From: Candidatus Bathyarchaeota archaeon
GTDB taxonomy: Archaea; Thermoproteota; Bathyarchaeia; Bathyarchaeales; Bathycorpusculaceae
DNA: 64,000 bases
NCBI GenBank assembly: GCA_963770935.1
Contig: CAVYRJ010000001.1
Coordinates: 32,001-96,000, forward strand
Direction: 5' to 3'
Within the stretch, counting starts at the first letter, position 1, and each line of letters starts with the position of its first letter. Below are positions 20,907 to 32,936 of this stretch, one piece after another. The notes below the pieces were generated by a model that ran no database searches, was not told where the DNA came from, and saw only the letters and a list, made by a program, of their open reading frames with translations. The position numbers and the translations under genes were made by a program.

Positions 20907-22157
20907 TTAGACTTTAGCAGCGGAACCGCGGAAAAGAAAAACAGTCACTTCTTGGTCTACATCCACAAACTGCTCGTTCTCGGCAATCTCCACAAACCCA
21001 TCAGCCTTTGCCAAGGTGGTAATCGCCCCTGAAGCACCTGACTCCGCGGGCTCTGCAATCAAACGGCAAGTCTCATCGAACTCTAACTTCACCATAACAA
21101 AAGTCCGTCTGCCTTTAGCACTAAACATTCTGGTACCAGCAAACGCCCTAACAGACTTCATAGGTACTGCAGGTCTACCGGCTAAACGCAAAATCAAAGG
21201 TCTCGCAAGCAAGTAAAAAATCAGCAAAGCAGAAGTTGGATGACCAGGCAGCGAAAATACCGGCTTTTCATCGATAAACCCGACTGTTGTTGGTTTACCC
21301 GGTTTTACTGCTATTCCGTAAACTACGATTCCAGGCTTACCTAGCGAATCCACTATTTGAGGGGTGTAATCTTTGGGTCCAACCGAAACACCGCCAGAAG
21401 TAATAACCATGTCTGCGGAAGCTATTGCAGTTTGCATTACTTTTGTTAAGGCTGCTTTGTCGTCTGGAACCACACCGAAGTAAACGGGTTTTCCGCCGCT
21501 TTCGAAAACAGCTGTGCTTATGCTGTAAGCGTTGATATCAAAAATTTTTCCAGGCGGCAACGGTTTCCCAGGCTCAGTAACTTCTCCACCTGTTGACAAA
21601 ACCGCTACCATAGGAATCTTTAGGACCTTAACTTTGGTTAAGCCCAAAGCCGCCAAAACCCCGATCTCCGAAGAACCCAGAACTTGACCTCTTTTGAGTA
21701 TAGTTGCGCCTTTTTTGATGTCTGAACCCTTTTTCATGACGTTCTCGTTGACTGTGACTGATCCATAAACCATCAAGTTGGCATCCTCATTTTCGGTATC
21801 TTCAACCATAACCACTGCGTCTGCACCCTTTGGAATCACAGCGCCAGTAACGATTTCAACAGCTTCACCCTTCGTCAACATGACGTTTGGTTCTTCCCCA
21901 ACGCTAACTGCGCCTGAAACCCTAAGCACTACAGGCTGGTTTTCGTCGGCTCCAAACGTATCCTGGGCGCTCACCGCATAGCCGTCAACGGTTGAACGGT
22001 TAAACGGTGGAATATCCAGCGTGGAAACCACGTCTTCGTTTAACACACGATTGTAGGCTTCCAGTAAAACGGCTTCTTCTTCACCCAAAAACACAGGCTT
22101 AAATTGGTCATCTATGGCTTTTTTTGCTTCCTCAAACGTCATAAGCTTCCTAAACAT
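20907..22157 (-). CDS. moeA: Molybdopterin molybdenumtransferase MoeA
   Basis: PPFNRSTVDGYAV, TGAVIP.GADAVVMVE, STGGE, TSGGVSVG, KPGKP, LPGHP. Confidence 0.93.
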   Translation of the reverse strand: MFRKLMTFEEAKKAIDDQFKPVFLGEEEAVLLEAYNRVLNEDVVSTLDIPPFNRSTVDGYAVSAQDTFGADENQPVVLRVSGAVSVGEEPNVMLTKGEAVEIVTGAVIPKGADAVVMVEDTENEDANLMVYGSVTVNENVMKKGSDIKKGATILKRGQVLGSSEIGVLAALGLTKVKVLKIPMVAVLSTGGEVTEPGKPLPPGKIFDINAYSISTAVFESGGKPVYFGVVPDDKAALTKVMQTAIASADMVITSGGVSVGPKDYTPQIVDSLGKPGIVVYGIAVKPGKPTTVGFIDEKPVFSLPGHPTSALLIFYLLARPLILRLAGRPAVPMKSVRAFAGTRMFSAKGRRTFVMVKLEFDETCRLIAEPAESGASGAITTLAKADGFVEIAENEQFVDVDQEVTVFLFRGSAAKV

Positions 22158-23407
22158 TACGCTTCCTCCAAGCTGCCGAACATGTGGACAGTCACGTTTT
22201 CTCCTTCGTTTACGCCTTCGCGGTTTTCAGGCACAATTAGATATCCGTTACTCTGAGTCATTGTAGATATGCTTCCAGAACCTTTTGCGCTCACTGGTTC
22301 AGCTGACAATTCACCATCCTTCAAGACCACATGAACTCGCACGTAAGTTTTTCTGCCCAAGACACTTGTAACTCTTCGCGCCAGAACCGCCTTAACAACT
22401 GGTCTTGGCTCCTCTTTTTCCATTCCAAGCATCCTGCAGATGAGTGGTCTGCCAAACACTTCAAACCCAATAATTGCAGCCACAGGATTACCCGACAAAA
22501 TCAAGACAGGCTTACCCTCCAACATGGCAACGGCTGTGGGCATCGCAGGACGCAACGCAACACCATGCACAATTACGCCGGGTTTCCCAAGCCTGTTAAC
22601 TGCATCTGGCACCAAATCTAATCCGCCCACGCTTGTCCCGCCAGTAGTGATAACTGCATTGCATGTTTGAAGGGCACTTTGGATTTTCTGAGCGATTTCA
22701 TCAGTGTTGTCTTTTGCTAAACCGAGGTCAACTGTTTCCGCACCAAGTTCTTGGCACATCGCGGATACCATGACTTTGTTTGATTCGTAAATCTGGTTTG
22801 CTGCACGTTTGGTGCCTAATTCTGCAAGTTCGTTGCCTGTGGGTAAAATGGCGACTTTGGGTTTCTCTGCGACTTTAAGCTGGGTATAGCCTAAAGCAGC
22901 CGCTAAACCGATATGGTAGGGGTTTAAGCGTTTTCCAGCTTTAGCGAACATCTCGCCTTTCTTGATGTCTTCGCCAACCTTAGAAACATTTGTGCATGGC
23001 GCAAGTTGGCTCCAAACCTCAAGTTCCCCTCCAAGCTTCTGAGTGTTCTCAAGCATAACCACAGCATCTGCGCCAGTGGGAATTGGGTTTCCTGTCCAAA
23101 CCTGCTTAGCCTGCTTTGCTTCGACTCTGTCAGTTTGGATTAATTGCAAAATCGCTGGTTTTGTTTGGGAAGCACCAACCAAATCAGTCGACTTCAAAGC
23201 GTAACCATCCATAGCTGACTTGTCAAAGCGGGGCAAATTCTCTGGGGCTACTAGGTCTTCGGCTAAAACTCGATCTAAAGCTTCCTGCAAAGTCACAATA
23301 GCCACTTTGGGCTTGCCAATTTTTAGCACATTAAACCAGGTTTGCAGGGCTTGGTCAATAAACGTTAACTTCTGGAATCCTTTAAGTTTAACCAAAACGG
23401 TTCCCAC
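22157..23407 (-). CDS. moeA: Molybdopterin molybdenumtransferase MoeA (second paralogue)
   Basis: PRFDKSAMDGYA, TGNPIP.GADAVVMLE, PTGNE, TTGGTSVG, LSGNP. Confidence 0.92.
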   Translation of the reverse strand: MGTVLVKLKGFQKLTFIDQALQTWFNVLKIGKPKVAIVTLQEALDRVLAEDLVAPENLPRFDKSAMDGYALKSTDLVGASQTKPAILQLIQTDRVEAKQAKQVWTGNPIPTGADAVVMLENTQKLGGELEVWSQLAPCTNVSKVGEDIKKGEMFAKAGKRLNPYHIGLAAALGYTQLKVAEKPKVAILPTGNELAELGTKRAANQIYESNKVMVSAMCQELGAETVDLGLAKDNTDEIAQKIQSALQTCNAVITTGGTSVGGLDLVPDAVNRLGKPGVIVHGVALRPAMPTAVAMLEGKPVLILSGNPVAAIIGFEVFGRPLICRMLGMEKEEPRPVVKAVLARRVTSVLGRKTYVRVHVVLKDGELSAEPVSAKGSGSISTMTQSNGYLIVPENREGVNEGENVTVHMFGSLEEA

Positions 23408-23576
23408 AATAGCACACGCGACTTACCGTAAAAAACATATCGAACCTCAAATTTCTCCTCAAGGCAAAAGAATACAGGAATTCATTATGGGTCAATATGG
23501 CTAACGATTTTAGAGAAATATTTAACATACCCACACACCCAATTAACTATCGAAACCGCTTAGGAGCAAACCTCGC

Positions 23577-25008
23577 ATGAGCATACTTAGCCACGACACC
23601 TTCTGGAACGCAGTCATAACTATGCCGATGACCAAAAAAATGCTCCAGTTGTCTCTGAAAAAATGCGGCTCATGCGGCAGAACAGTGTTGGAGGCGGCAT
23701 TAGATGATTACGCAGGCAAAACCGAAACTAAATGCGACAAATGCAGTGGGCTATACTCGCAGGTTATTGGTTTCTGGATTGAATTTTTGCGCAGAGGTCT
23801 TGGCTTTAAACGCGAGAAGGTTGAGAAACTTTTAGTTGACCGTTATGCCAGAGCAGCTGTTCTTAATTTGGTTCGATCGTTTGCTTATTTCGGCATCAAA
23901 AAACCCATGTCACTTTCTGCGCCGTTTCTGGTAGTTTGGGATTTCACTCATAAGTGCAATTTAGTCTGTAAGCACTGCTACTCCAACAGCGGCGCAGCTG
24001 TTCAAGAGGAAGAATTATCCACCGAGCAGGCGTTGGCGGTTGTGGACCAACTTGCGGATGCCGGCGTGACGGCGTTGGCGTTTAGCGGCGGCGAACCCTT
24101 AACCCGCAAAGACTTCTTCCAAGTTGCAAGGCACGCTTCTGACCGCGGACTCTATGTGTCGCTTGCTTCCAACGGCACACTACTGACCAAGGAAAACGTG
24201 CAGAAGGTAAAGGAAGCCAAAGTTAACTACATAGACGTTAGCATCGATGGCGCCTCAGCTAAAACACATGATGAATTTCGAGGCGTCCCCGGCACATTCG
24301 ATAAAGCAATAGCTGGCCTCAAAAACTGCGTAGAAGCCGACTTATGCGTCTGTATCGCTACGACAGTGGGCAAAAATAACATGGCAGAGTTGCCCGCCAT
24401 CATCGATTTAGCTGAAAAAATTCAAGCTGAACGATTCACTTACTTCAATTTTATCCCGACAGGACGAGGTAAAGCTCACTTTGACCAAGACCTTTCACCT
24501 CAAGAACGAGAAAAAGTCATGCGTTACCTGCTAAACCGCATGTCAGCTGGCTGCAAAACAACCATCCTTGCAACTGCTCCGCAGCTGGCTCGCGTAGCGC
24601 TACAATGCCAAGGTTCATCAGGCACAGGCGAAGTCACCATGTCTATGGCACATATGCAAACAGTGAAAGTAACCAAAAAAGCTGTACCGCTTGGGGACTT
24701 TATCGGCGGATGCGGTGCTGGAAGACTCTACTGTTCGATATCACCACAGGGCGATGTTCATCCATGCGTGTTCCTGCCAGTAAACGTGGGCAACCTGAAA
24801 AACCGAAAAGTTCCAGGACATCTGGCTAAACGCGCCCCTCTTCAAATCCTTCAGAAACAGGGCAAACCTGAAGGGCTCATGTGGAAAATGCGATTACAAG
24901 TTCATCTGCGGCGGTTGCAGGGCACGCTCGGCAGCGTACCATAACGGCGACATGCTAAACGGTGACCCAGGCTGCATAATGGGAGTGAAGGGTGCAAACA
25001 GTGCCTAA
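23577..25008 (+). CDS. Radical SAM/SPASM-domain protein with Cys-containing N-terminal extension (frameshift ~24800)
   Basis: CNLVCKHC, SGGEPL, SIDG. SPASM GGCGAG..CSISPQGDVHPC continues in the shifted frame as CGKC..ICGGCRAR..DPGC, ending TAA at 25008. Confidence 0.85.
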
Positions 25009-25962
25009 CTCAGAAAAGCAAGTTAAGATTTTCCGTGCTGGAAGCGACGTAAGCGATATTGTAAAAGAGGCTGTTGCCAATTCGGGGTTACGTGGAAAAA
25101 AAAGGATTTTCATTAAACCCAACCTAAGTCACCCTGAATATTTGCCGGGCGTTGTAACCAGTCCAGAAGTTATGCAGCAGCTGGTCGGGTTGCTTCGAGA
25201 CGGTAACAGCGAAGTAGTCGTGGGCGAATCCAACGGCTTCAACTATCCCTGCTGGACAGCCTTCGACAAGACAGGCATGGAAGCAGCAGTTAAAGCGGCA
25301 GGCGGCAGCGTCATTAACCTCTCCGAAGACAAAGTTGTCGAAGTCAAATTCCAAACCAACACACCTCTGAAACGGCTGTTTCTGCCCAAAACCATCCTTG
25401 ACGCCGACGCCGTCGTTGATTTGCCACTTATGAAAACCCATGAGTTCATGGCTTACAGCGGCGCCATCAAAAACCTGTTCGGCTGCGTGCCCAGCAACAA
25501 ACGCATCTACCTGCACCCGTACTTGCCTGAAGTCATGTATCGACTCTACACGCCTATTCAAGCCGCAGTTAACTATTATGGATGCGCGAACAGGCATCGA
25601 AGGCAACGGACCAACAAAAGGTAAACCTGTGAAAATGGGGTTGATGTTAACAGGCAACGACGCGTTAGCCGTGGACATAGTCGCTGCCAAAGTCATGATG
25701 TTAGATTGGAAAGAAACTTACCTCAACTACATCGCCAAAAAAACAGGCTTGCACGAAGAAGACATCAGCGTTGAAGGCTTACAGGTTTCTGAGGTTGCGC
25801 ACCGATTTGAACCGCCACGCATCGACTTACCCGTGAAAGCCCAAATGATGATTTACCAGCATGAATACCTGACAAAATTCTTCTTCTGCTCGCTGGACCT
25901 TGTTCGGCTGTTCCAGAAGGTAACCATGGCTTATCGGGGCGAAAGCCGCACAGGTTGGTTAG
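24992..25962 (+). CDS. DUF362 family protein (frameshifted; end approximate)
   Basis: IKPNL, VVGES, LMKTH, GAIKNLFG, IEGNGP, DALAVD. Confidence 0.8.
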
Positions 25963-27157
25963 CTGAGGACTTCATCGTAGACTTTCATGGCTTCTTTAAC
26001 GACTATACGCCAATCCAATTGCTCAACAACTGTTTGCCTTGCTTTTGCACCCATCTCCGCCGCCTCAGCGGGATGTTCAAGCAAGATGCAGGATTTTTTC
26101 ACTAAACTGTCGTGGGTTGAAGGGTTCAACCAGAAAACCATTTTTGCCGCTCTCGATGGTTTCAGGGATGCCACCCACGGTTGTGGTTACGACAGGCAAG
26201 CCTGTTGAGAGCGCTTCCAGCACGGCGAAGGGATGATGTTCATAGAAGGTGGAGAACGCAAAGACGTCGGCGGCTTGGTAGAGTTTAGGCAGCTTCTTGT
26301 CGGGGTAGTAACCTGTGAAGACTATGTTGTCTTTTACGCCGAGTTTTTCTGCGTAGGCGATGAGTTTGTGCATTTCGTCGCTTTGTCCCTTGCCCGAAAT
26401 GATGAATTTGGCGTTTGGGAAGCGTTTAACGACGGCGGGCATGCTTTCGATTAGGGTGAACAAGCCTTTGCGTGCATAGAGCCTGCCTACAGAGACTATG
26501 GCTAAGTCGTCGGGGTTAAAACCGAGTTCTGCCTTGACTTTGCGTTTGTCGACTGCAGGTTTGAACTTGTTTATGTCTACGCCGTTGTGGATAACTCGGA
26601 TTTTGTTTTCAGGAATCTTGTAGTAGTTTGTGAGTTCCCACTTCGTGAAGTGGCTAACAGCTATAATTTTCCGTGCCCTTGCAAGCATTCCTTCCTCAAA
26701 GAACCGCAAAAACCAGTTGAAACTAACTAGAAACTTTTCGTTGGCGTTTAGGCGGCTGTAGGGTTCGCCGCGGATGGCTTCAGCTTCGCCCTTCCATGTG
26801 GAGTGCACGGTGCAGACAAGCGTTTTGCCAAAGTTGGGCGGCACAGCAAAATTCGGTGTTAACGGCAATTGAGGATGGGTGATGTCTACGTTGGCGGTTT
26901 CTCGGACGCTGTTGTAGTTTGCGGTTGCTGTTGCCTGCAAGCATGAAGGATTTGACGATGGGCATTTTGGGGATTTTTAGGAATGACACGTCTAGTTGGG
27001 GGTTGACTTTGACGTCTTGGGCTTGGTTGGAGCCTGTGACAACGTAGATTTTGTAGCCGTTTTTGAGGAGTTCATTGGAGAGGTAGTAAACGTAGGCGCC
27101 TGTTCCGCCTGTGAGGGGCCAGTATTCAGGGGAGATAAAGCAGACCTTGTGCGCCAT
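25959..27157 (-). CDS. GT4 family glycosyltransferase (two frameshifts)
   Basis: SPEYWP..GG, IHNGVD, VGRLYARKG, EHHPFAVLEA, GGIPE. Confidence 0.85.
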
Positions 27158-28147
27158 TACTTATCCTTCCCAGCAAGATATCTAATGGTAGTTGTTATTG
27201 CACCAACAAACCATGCCCCTGCCCTCACAAAGTAAAGCACGAATAAACGCAAAGCAGTTGAGTCATGAAACTTGACTGATATTTTCACCGCTGAATAAAC
27301 AAAGTAAACAACCATCGCCAAAAAGATTAAACCTGAAACAACCCACAGCAGCCTAAGCACGGGAACGATTCCGACAAGAAAAAACACCACAATGCCCAAG
27401 AGCAATATTGGCTGAATGTTCATGCCTACGTCGGTGATTTCGTCACCCCTCGCCAAGTGCCCATGTTTAAAGTAGAGTTTCAGCGTGTTCTTGCCGTATT
27501 GCAACTGCTGACGATAAAAAGCCCTAAGTGTTGGACGGTTAAAATGATAACAGACCGCGGTGGGTTCATAGGCAATTTTGTAGCCTTTAGCACTTATGCG
27601 GAAGCCAAGGTCGGTGTCGTATTGGCTGGGCAGCTTCTCGTCCCATCCGCCCGCTTCCTCGATAACGGCTTTTTTGAGAAGCAGGTTCATGGTGGCGATG
27701 CGCCCTGTGTATTTGCCTATGCGTCGGTAGCGGTTTTTGAGTTCGTAGCCGATGCTTCTTGCCCACGGGTTCTCAGCGTTCCATGTTTCTATGCTGCCGC
27801 TGACACCTGCCACTTGGGGATCGCCAAGGTGGGGGGCAAGTTTGCTTAGCCATTCTGCTTCGACTTTGGCATCGGCATCTATGAAACCCAAAATTGGATG
27901 AGCGGCGATTTTCATGGCATAGTTGTACGCGGCTGGCGCGTTGAGCCGGATGGAAACAACTTTAATGGGGAATTTCTGCGGCGATTTTGACTGTGGCATC
28001 CTTGGAGCCGCCGTCCATGACGATGACTTCAAAAAAATCTCGGGGATAGTTCTGTGCCAAGATGGATTTGAGGCATTCTTCGATGGTGTCTTGGCTGTTG
28101 TAGGCTGCAACTATGATTGAAACCTTAGGAGTTGCGTTGTCAGCCAA
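27157..28147 (-). CDS. GT2 family glycosyltransferase with C-terminal TM helices (frameshift ~27980)
   Basis: SIIVAAYN, MDGGSKD, FIDAD, GGWDE, RQQLQYG. Confidence 0.85.
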
Positions 28148-28150
28148 TGT

Positions 28151-28850
28151 CTATCCCTTCACATACGCCATGATTATCGATAAGAGAATTTTGGAGCCAT
28201 CCACCATCGGGTCAACGCCTGACCTGCCATAAGTGCGCTGCTCAAAGCTAATGGGCACCTCAGCTACTCTGAAGCCTTCCTTAGCGGTTTTAACGAGCAT
28301 TTCAGATTCTATTTCGTATTCGCCTGACTTTAGCTTTTGCTTATTAAGGACTTCGCGTTTCATTGCGCGGTAGCCTGACTGGGAATCGGTGATGGCTATG
28401 CCCGTTAACATTTGGATTAGGAAGTTGAAGATTTGGACTCCGAACGCGTTTAGTTTTCTTGCTGCAACATTTTTTTGGTTCAGGTATCTTGAGCCGATGA
28501 CAAGATCTGTCTTGTTCTTCAGGACGGGCGCAAAGACTTCGTTTGAGTTCTTCGGGGCGATGTGACCCATCGGAGTCGATTGTGACTATTATGTCGCCTT
28601 TGGCTTTAGCAAACCCAGCCCGCAACGCATAGCCTTTGCCAAGATGCTCCTTTAGAGTTAAAACCTTGACTTTGCGTTTTTTAGCGACTTCAAGCGACTT
28701 GTCATATGAACGGTCATCAACAACAATAATTTCATATGGCAAACCGATTTGCTGCAGGGCGATTTTTGTGCGGTCGATAATGTTGCCTATTGTCAATTCC
28801 TCGTTGTAGACGGGAATTATAATGGAAAGCAGCATTTCCCGTCGGCTCAT
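28151..28850 (-). CDS. GT2 DPM1-like polyprenol-phosphate glycosyltransferase (frameshift ~28550)
   Basis: SIIIPVYNEE, VDDRSYD, GKGYA, IDSDGSH, TDSQSGYRA, EVPISF. Confidence 0.85.
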
Positions 28851-28934
28851 TTTATTTAAGAAGCCAATGGAAGAACTTATAAAGTTTGGCTCCCCAACCT
28901 TGTAAACAATTGAACTGGGAAGTTTGAGCTCAAA

Positions 28935-29481
28935 ATGGAAACCACTATGAACACTAATGTTGAGGGTGACCGAAAAGTTTGGTTTTCCATGTGGTTCTTG
29001 GGAGCAATTGTCACTTTTGGCTTAGCGTTTTTCCCGATGTTTTACCGTTTAGTTGACGGCAGAAACAGGCATTTTCGCAACGAGGCAGAATTCGAGAAAC
29101 AGGTTGCTGCCCATTTGAAAGGCAATGGAAAGGAGCCACCAGCAGTGGGCGAGCGGTTCAAAGATATGAATGCAACGGCTTGGGCTGCCAGCATCATCCT
29201 AATCATGCCCATCTTCATCATCGTTTACCTGTTATCCAAAGACTTAGCAGTTCACGAACAAAAACAAGACACCTTCCTTGCCGCTGCTCTTCCAGAGCGA
29301 GTGTTTATGCCGCAGACAATACCGATAAAAACTTATGCTATTGATTACTTTAGTTACGTTGGGCGTTGGGGTAGTGTACTGGCTATACAAGGTCGTTAAC
29401 TTGTATAATGCTCACTATAAGGCACACTTGCAAGTTGAGAAAGAAATAGGTCGATTGATGGAGGAAAAGAAAGTTGTCTAG
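28935..29481 (+). CDS. Hypothetical membrane protein (frameshift ~29340)
   Basis: TM-rich ORF that continues in another frame as GVGVVYWLYKVVNLYNAH to TAG at 29481. Confidence 0.6.
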
Positions 29482-30587
29482 CACATGTAAAAAACGCAGG
29501 TTTGTTAGTCACGGTGGAGACATCTGGGGTTTTAGCAGAAAATACAACATTCCCCTAGACGAAGTGCTTGAATTCAGCGGACCCATAAACTTTCTGGGGC
29601 CATCCCCAAAAGCAGTGGAAGCCGTAAAGCAAAATGCTCGGTTAATCAAATTTTATCCTGACCCAAACCCAGTGGAATTCAAGGCAGAAATCGCCAAGTA
29701 CGTTGGCCACGGCGTTAAAGAGGAAAACATTCTTTTGGGCAACGGCTCAATCGAACTAATCTACATGATTACCGAGAGTCTACCCTGCGGGTTTCAAGGC
29801 GGTAATTCCTGTGCCCTCGTTTTCCGAATACGAGAAGGCGTCGCTGCGGGTCGGCGGAGAACCAGTGTTTGTCCAGTTGCCCCAAAACTTTTCTATGGAA
29901 ACGAGAAAATCAAGAAGGCAGTTACCGACGACACAAAAATCATGTGCATCTGCAACCCCCACAGCCCTTCAGGAACACTCTACAGCAAAAAAACCATCAT
30001 GGATCTTGTGGAGTTCTGCAACAAAAAAGACATCATCTTCAGCATAGACGAGAACTATATCGAATTTGCTGATGAAAGCTGACAAAACACAGTTGCAGGC
30101 ATGGTGAAAGAGTACGAGAACCTGTTTGTTATTCGGTCAGTCACCAAGTTCTACGGTATGGCAGGCATACGCTTTGGCTACGCTATCGCCGCTGGAAACC
30201 TCATCGATAAACTGGAAACGGTGCGTCAGCCATGGAGCATCAACGGTTTAGCAGGCACAGTCACGTTGGCAGCGTTGAGCGACACCGAATTCATCAAAAG
30301 CACCAAAGAAACCATCGCCAAAGAACCGAGCAGAACTTGCCAAGAGCCTTAGCGAAATCGAAGGCTTACACGTCTATCCATCCGTAACCAACTTTTTGCT
30401 CGTAAAAATCCAAAACCGCAAACTCACATCCACTATGCTAAAAGAACTGTTGGCGAAAGAACACATCTTAATCCGCGACTGCTGCACCTTCATGGGCATG
30501 GACGACAGCTACTTCCGCGTTACTGTCAGGTCAGCTAAGGACAACCAAAAACTTGTCGAAACAATAAAGCGAATCCTATCGGCGTGA
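29474..30587 (+). CDS. cobD: L-threonine-O-3-phosphate decarboxylase / HisC-like PLP enzyme (several frameshifts)
   Basis: HGGDI, FSGPINFLGP, YPDP, GNGSIE, PSFSEY, CNPHSPSG, IDENY, RSVTKFYGMAGIRFGY, IRDC. Confidence 0.78.
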
Positions 30588-30737
30588 CTTTGAAAGCAGC
30601 TATGCTTTATTTTCAAAGTGAATATAGTACTAATAAATTGATTGCCAAGAACCTAAAAGAGTAGGTTTGTATTGGCGGTTTTTGGAGCAATTAGTATGTT
30701 GTAAACAGTAGGTAAAGGAGTTAAAATGAATTGTTGG

Positions 30738-31835
30738 TTATTTATCAGTAACTTGCAAATCGTGTTGAGCTTTTTGCAGCTTGTTTTGAATCGGCAACTT
30801 GTATGGGCATTTGGGTTCGCATACTCCGCAACCATTGCATCTGTTAGCTTTAACTTCTAAGCTGCTGTAGAGTTTTTTTGCCCAAGCTTTCAAGCCGTAA
30901 GCCTCGTAAAGTGTGTGGAAACGAAGTAATGCCGCAATGTTGATGTTTTGTGGGCATGGCATGCATTGTCCGCAGTCTCGACAGTTGTTTTCGTCGAGGT
31001 TAAAATTGAAGCGTTTTTGTTCTTGAGCGGTGAGCCCACTGTATTGGTTTCCGGTTTGGGCTGCGGTTTCAACTTCGCCGACACTTCGCAAGCCTGGGAC
31101 AACTGCGGCTACATTCTGAGAGAGAACGTACCTGAGTGCACTGTTGACCTGTTTATCTGCAGTTTCGCCCAGCAGTGCTTTGAGTTCGGGTTCGTCTGAA
31201 ACCAGTGAAAGCGAAGGCTGATACAGGCAGGTGATTAGTGTGGAGGTTTTGGCTGACAGCGGCTTCATAGCGACGACGCCGACATCATGCGCCTTCGCCA
31301 CTGGCATCAACTCCTCCAGCGCCTGCCTAGTCACAAAATTAAGCGGAACCAAAACGGTGTCAAACTCGCCGCTCTCTAATGCCTTTGCCAGAACCGGAGG
31401 TTTATGCCCGGTGATTCCGACAAAATCCACTAGCCCCTGCTTACGCGCTTCTTTGCAGGTTTGCAGCGACCCATCCGCGCTCATGGCTTTGCTGAGAGTT
31501 TTCTCGTCGTCGATACCGTGAAGCTGGATGATGTCTAAGTGGTCGGTCTTAAGTCGTTTGAGGCTGATTTGGAAGTCTTCGCCCGATTCCTTTTTAGTTC
31601 TTGAGCCTGTTTTAGTGGCGAGGACACATTTATCTCGGACTTCTTCTAGTGCGGCGCCGATTTTTTCTTCGCTGTCCCCATCGAGTTTGGCGGTGTCAAA
31701 ATAGTTTATGCCCAAGTCGAAGGCTCGCCTAACAACCCTAACAGCGTCTGGCGTGCTGAGTTCAGATATCCATGTTCCGCCAAAGCCGACAATAGACACC
31801 TGAAGGTTTGTTCTACCAAGCCTCCGTTTTTGCAA
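30738..31835 (-). CDS. Aldo/keto reductase with C-terminal ferredoxin-like Fe-S domain
   Basis: RRLGRT, GINYFDTA, LATK, QLHG, AMKP, then CRDCGQCMPC and CNGCGVCEPKC. Confidence 0.88.
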   Translation of the reverse strand: MQKRRLGRTNLQVSIVGFGGTWISELSTPDAVRVVRRAFDLGINYFDTAKLDGDSEEKIGAALEEVRDKCVLATKTGSRTKKESGEDFQISLKRLKTDHLDIIQLHGIDDEKTLSKAMSADGSLQTCKEARKQGLVDFVGITGHKPPVLAKALESGEFDTVLVPLNFVTRQALEELMPVAKAHDVGVVAMKPLSAKTSTLITCLYQPSLSLVSDEPELKALLGETADKQVNSALRYVLSQNVAAVVPGLRSVGEVETAAQTGNQYSGLTAQEQKRFNFNLDENNCRDCGQCMPCPQNINIAALLRFHTLYEAYGLKAWAKKLYSSLEVKANRCNGCGVCEPKCPYKLPIQNKLQKAQHDLQVTDK

Positions 31836-31993
31836 ACCAATGCCCCACGAATCTTTGGTTTTTGATGATTTGCAAGCTTTATAGCCTTAACGGAATATTA
31901 ATTCTGAGGATTTTTTTGGGTGCTGTTTTGAAGCAGGAAACTCTCGCACTCCGATGTACCTTCCCATTCTTTAGAACGAGAAACGAAAGGCAG

Positions 31994-32805
31994 CTATTTT
32001 TTAGCTATCCAAAAACTCATTTCTGGTTTGCAAACAATTTTAAAAATATAAAATAGGGGATTCCCTATCCATGTAGCATGTTGGTAATAATCCACCCTTC
32101 GGAAATATTCAAAGTACTTTTTAAAAAAAGCCTCTACCTCATTGTGCTTTAGGGGGTGCTCTTTTTTGTGCCAGTAATCAGATAAGGTATAATCAATTGA
32201 AGGTATGTTTATTCCGGCAATTTGAAAATAAACAATGTTAAGGGATGGATTAGAATGAAAATAAATGAGCTTGACTATGTTTGCTAATTTGTTTGGTTCA
32301 TCTATCCAGTAAAAGCGCGAGGCTTCGTGGTCAATGTACAATACACCGCCTTTTTTTAAAAAAGCCGAAAGTTTCCGGAGCGCACCTGAATAATCTGGCA
32401 GATGGTGAAGAACAGAATAACATGTAATTAAATCGAATTCGCCTTTGTCAAAACTCATTTCCTCTATCGGCGAGTTGATTACAATTAATTTTTTGTCTTC
32501 TATGTAGGTTTTATACCTATTTTTTAAAATATCGCACATTTCAGCGGAGATATCTATGGCGGTAACTTTGTAACCCAAACTAAGAAGCTTACCAGTCAAA
32601 TTTCCGGTACCTGCTCCAAAATCGAGAGCGTTCTTGTGATTATTCGATACAAGTTTTTCCGCTGTTTTTAATGTTGAGTTATTCTCGTTTGCTCTTGCTT
32701 GCTGTACACTTCTGGATGCAGCAACTCGTAATATTTTGCCTCAAGCCGGTGGACAGTAACATTAGCTTCATGGATGCTTTCTTGAAGATTCTTTGCCGCA
32801 GACAA
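31994..32805 (-). CDS. Class I SAM-dependent methyltransferase (frameshift ~32670; start approximate)
   Basis: Upstream frame gives HEANVTVHRLEAKYYELLHPE, then ALDFGAGTGNLTG, FDLITCYSVLHH and LKKGG. Confidence 0.78.
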
Positions 32806-32936
32806 ATCCGTTTAAGCCTCGATTTCCAAGTTAAATTATTCATCCTAAGCCAGCATATGTAGCTTTCCGTAAAACAATAAACGGGATTCATAAAACCAAT
32901 ACGGAGCAAGTTTTTCTGCAAATAAGGATAAGAGAT

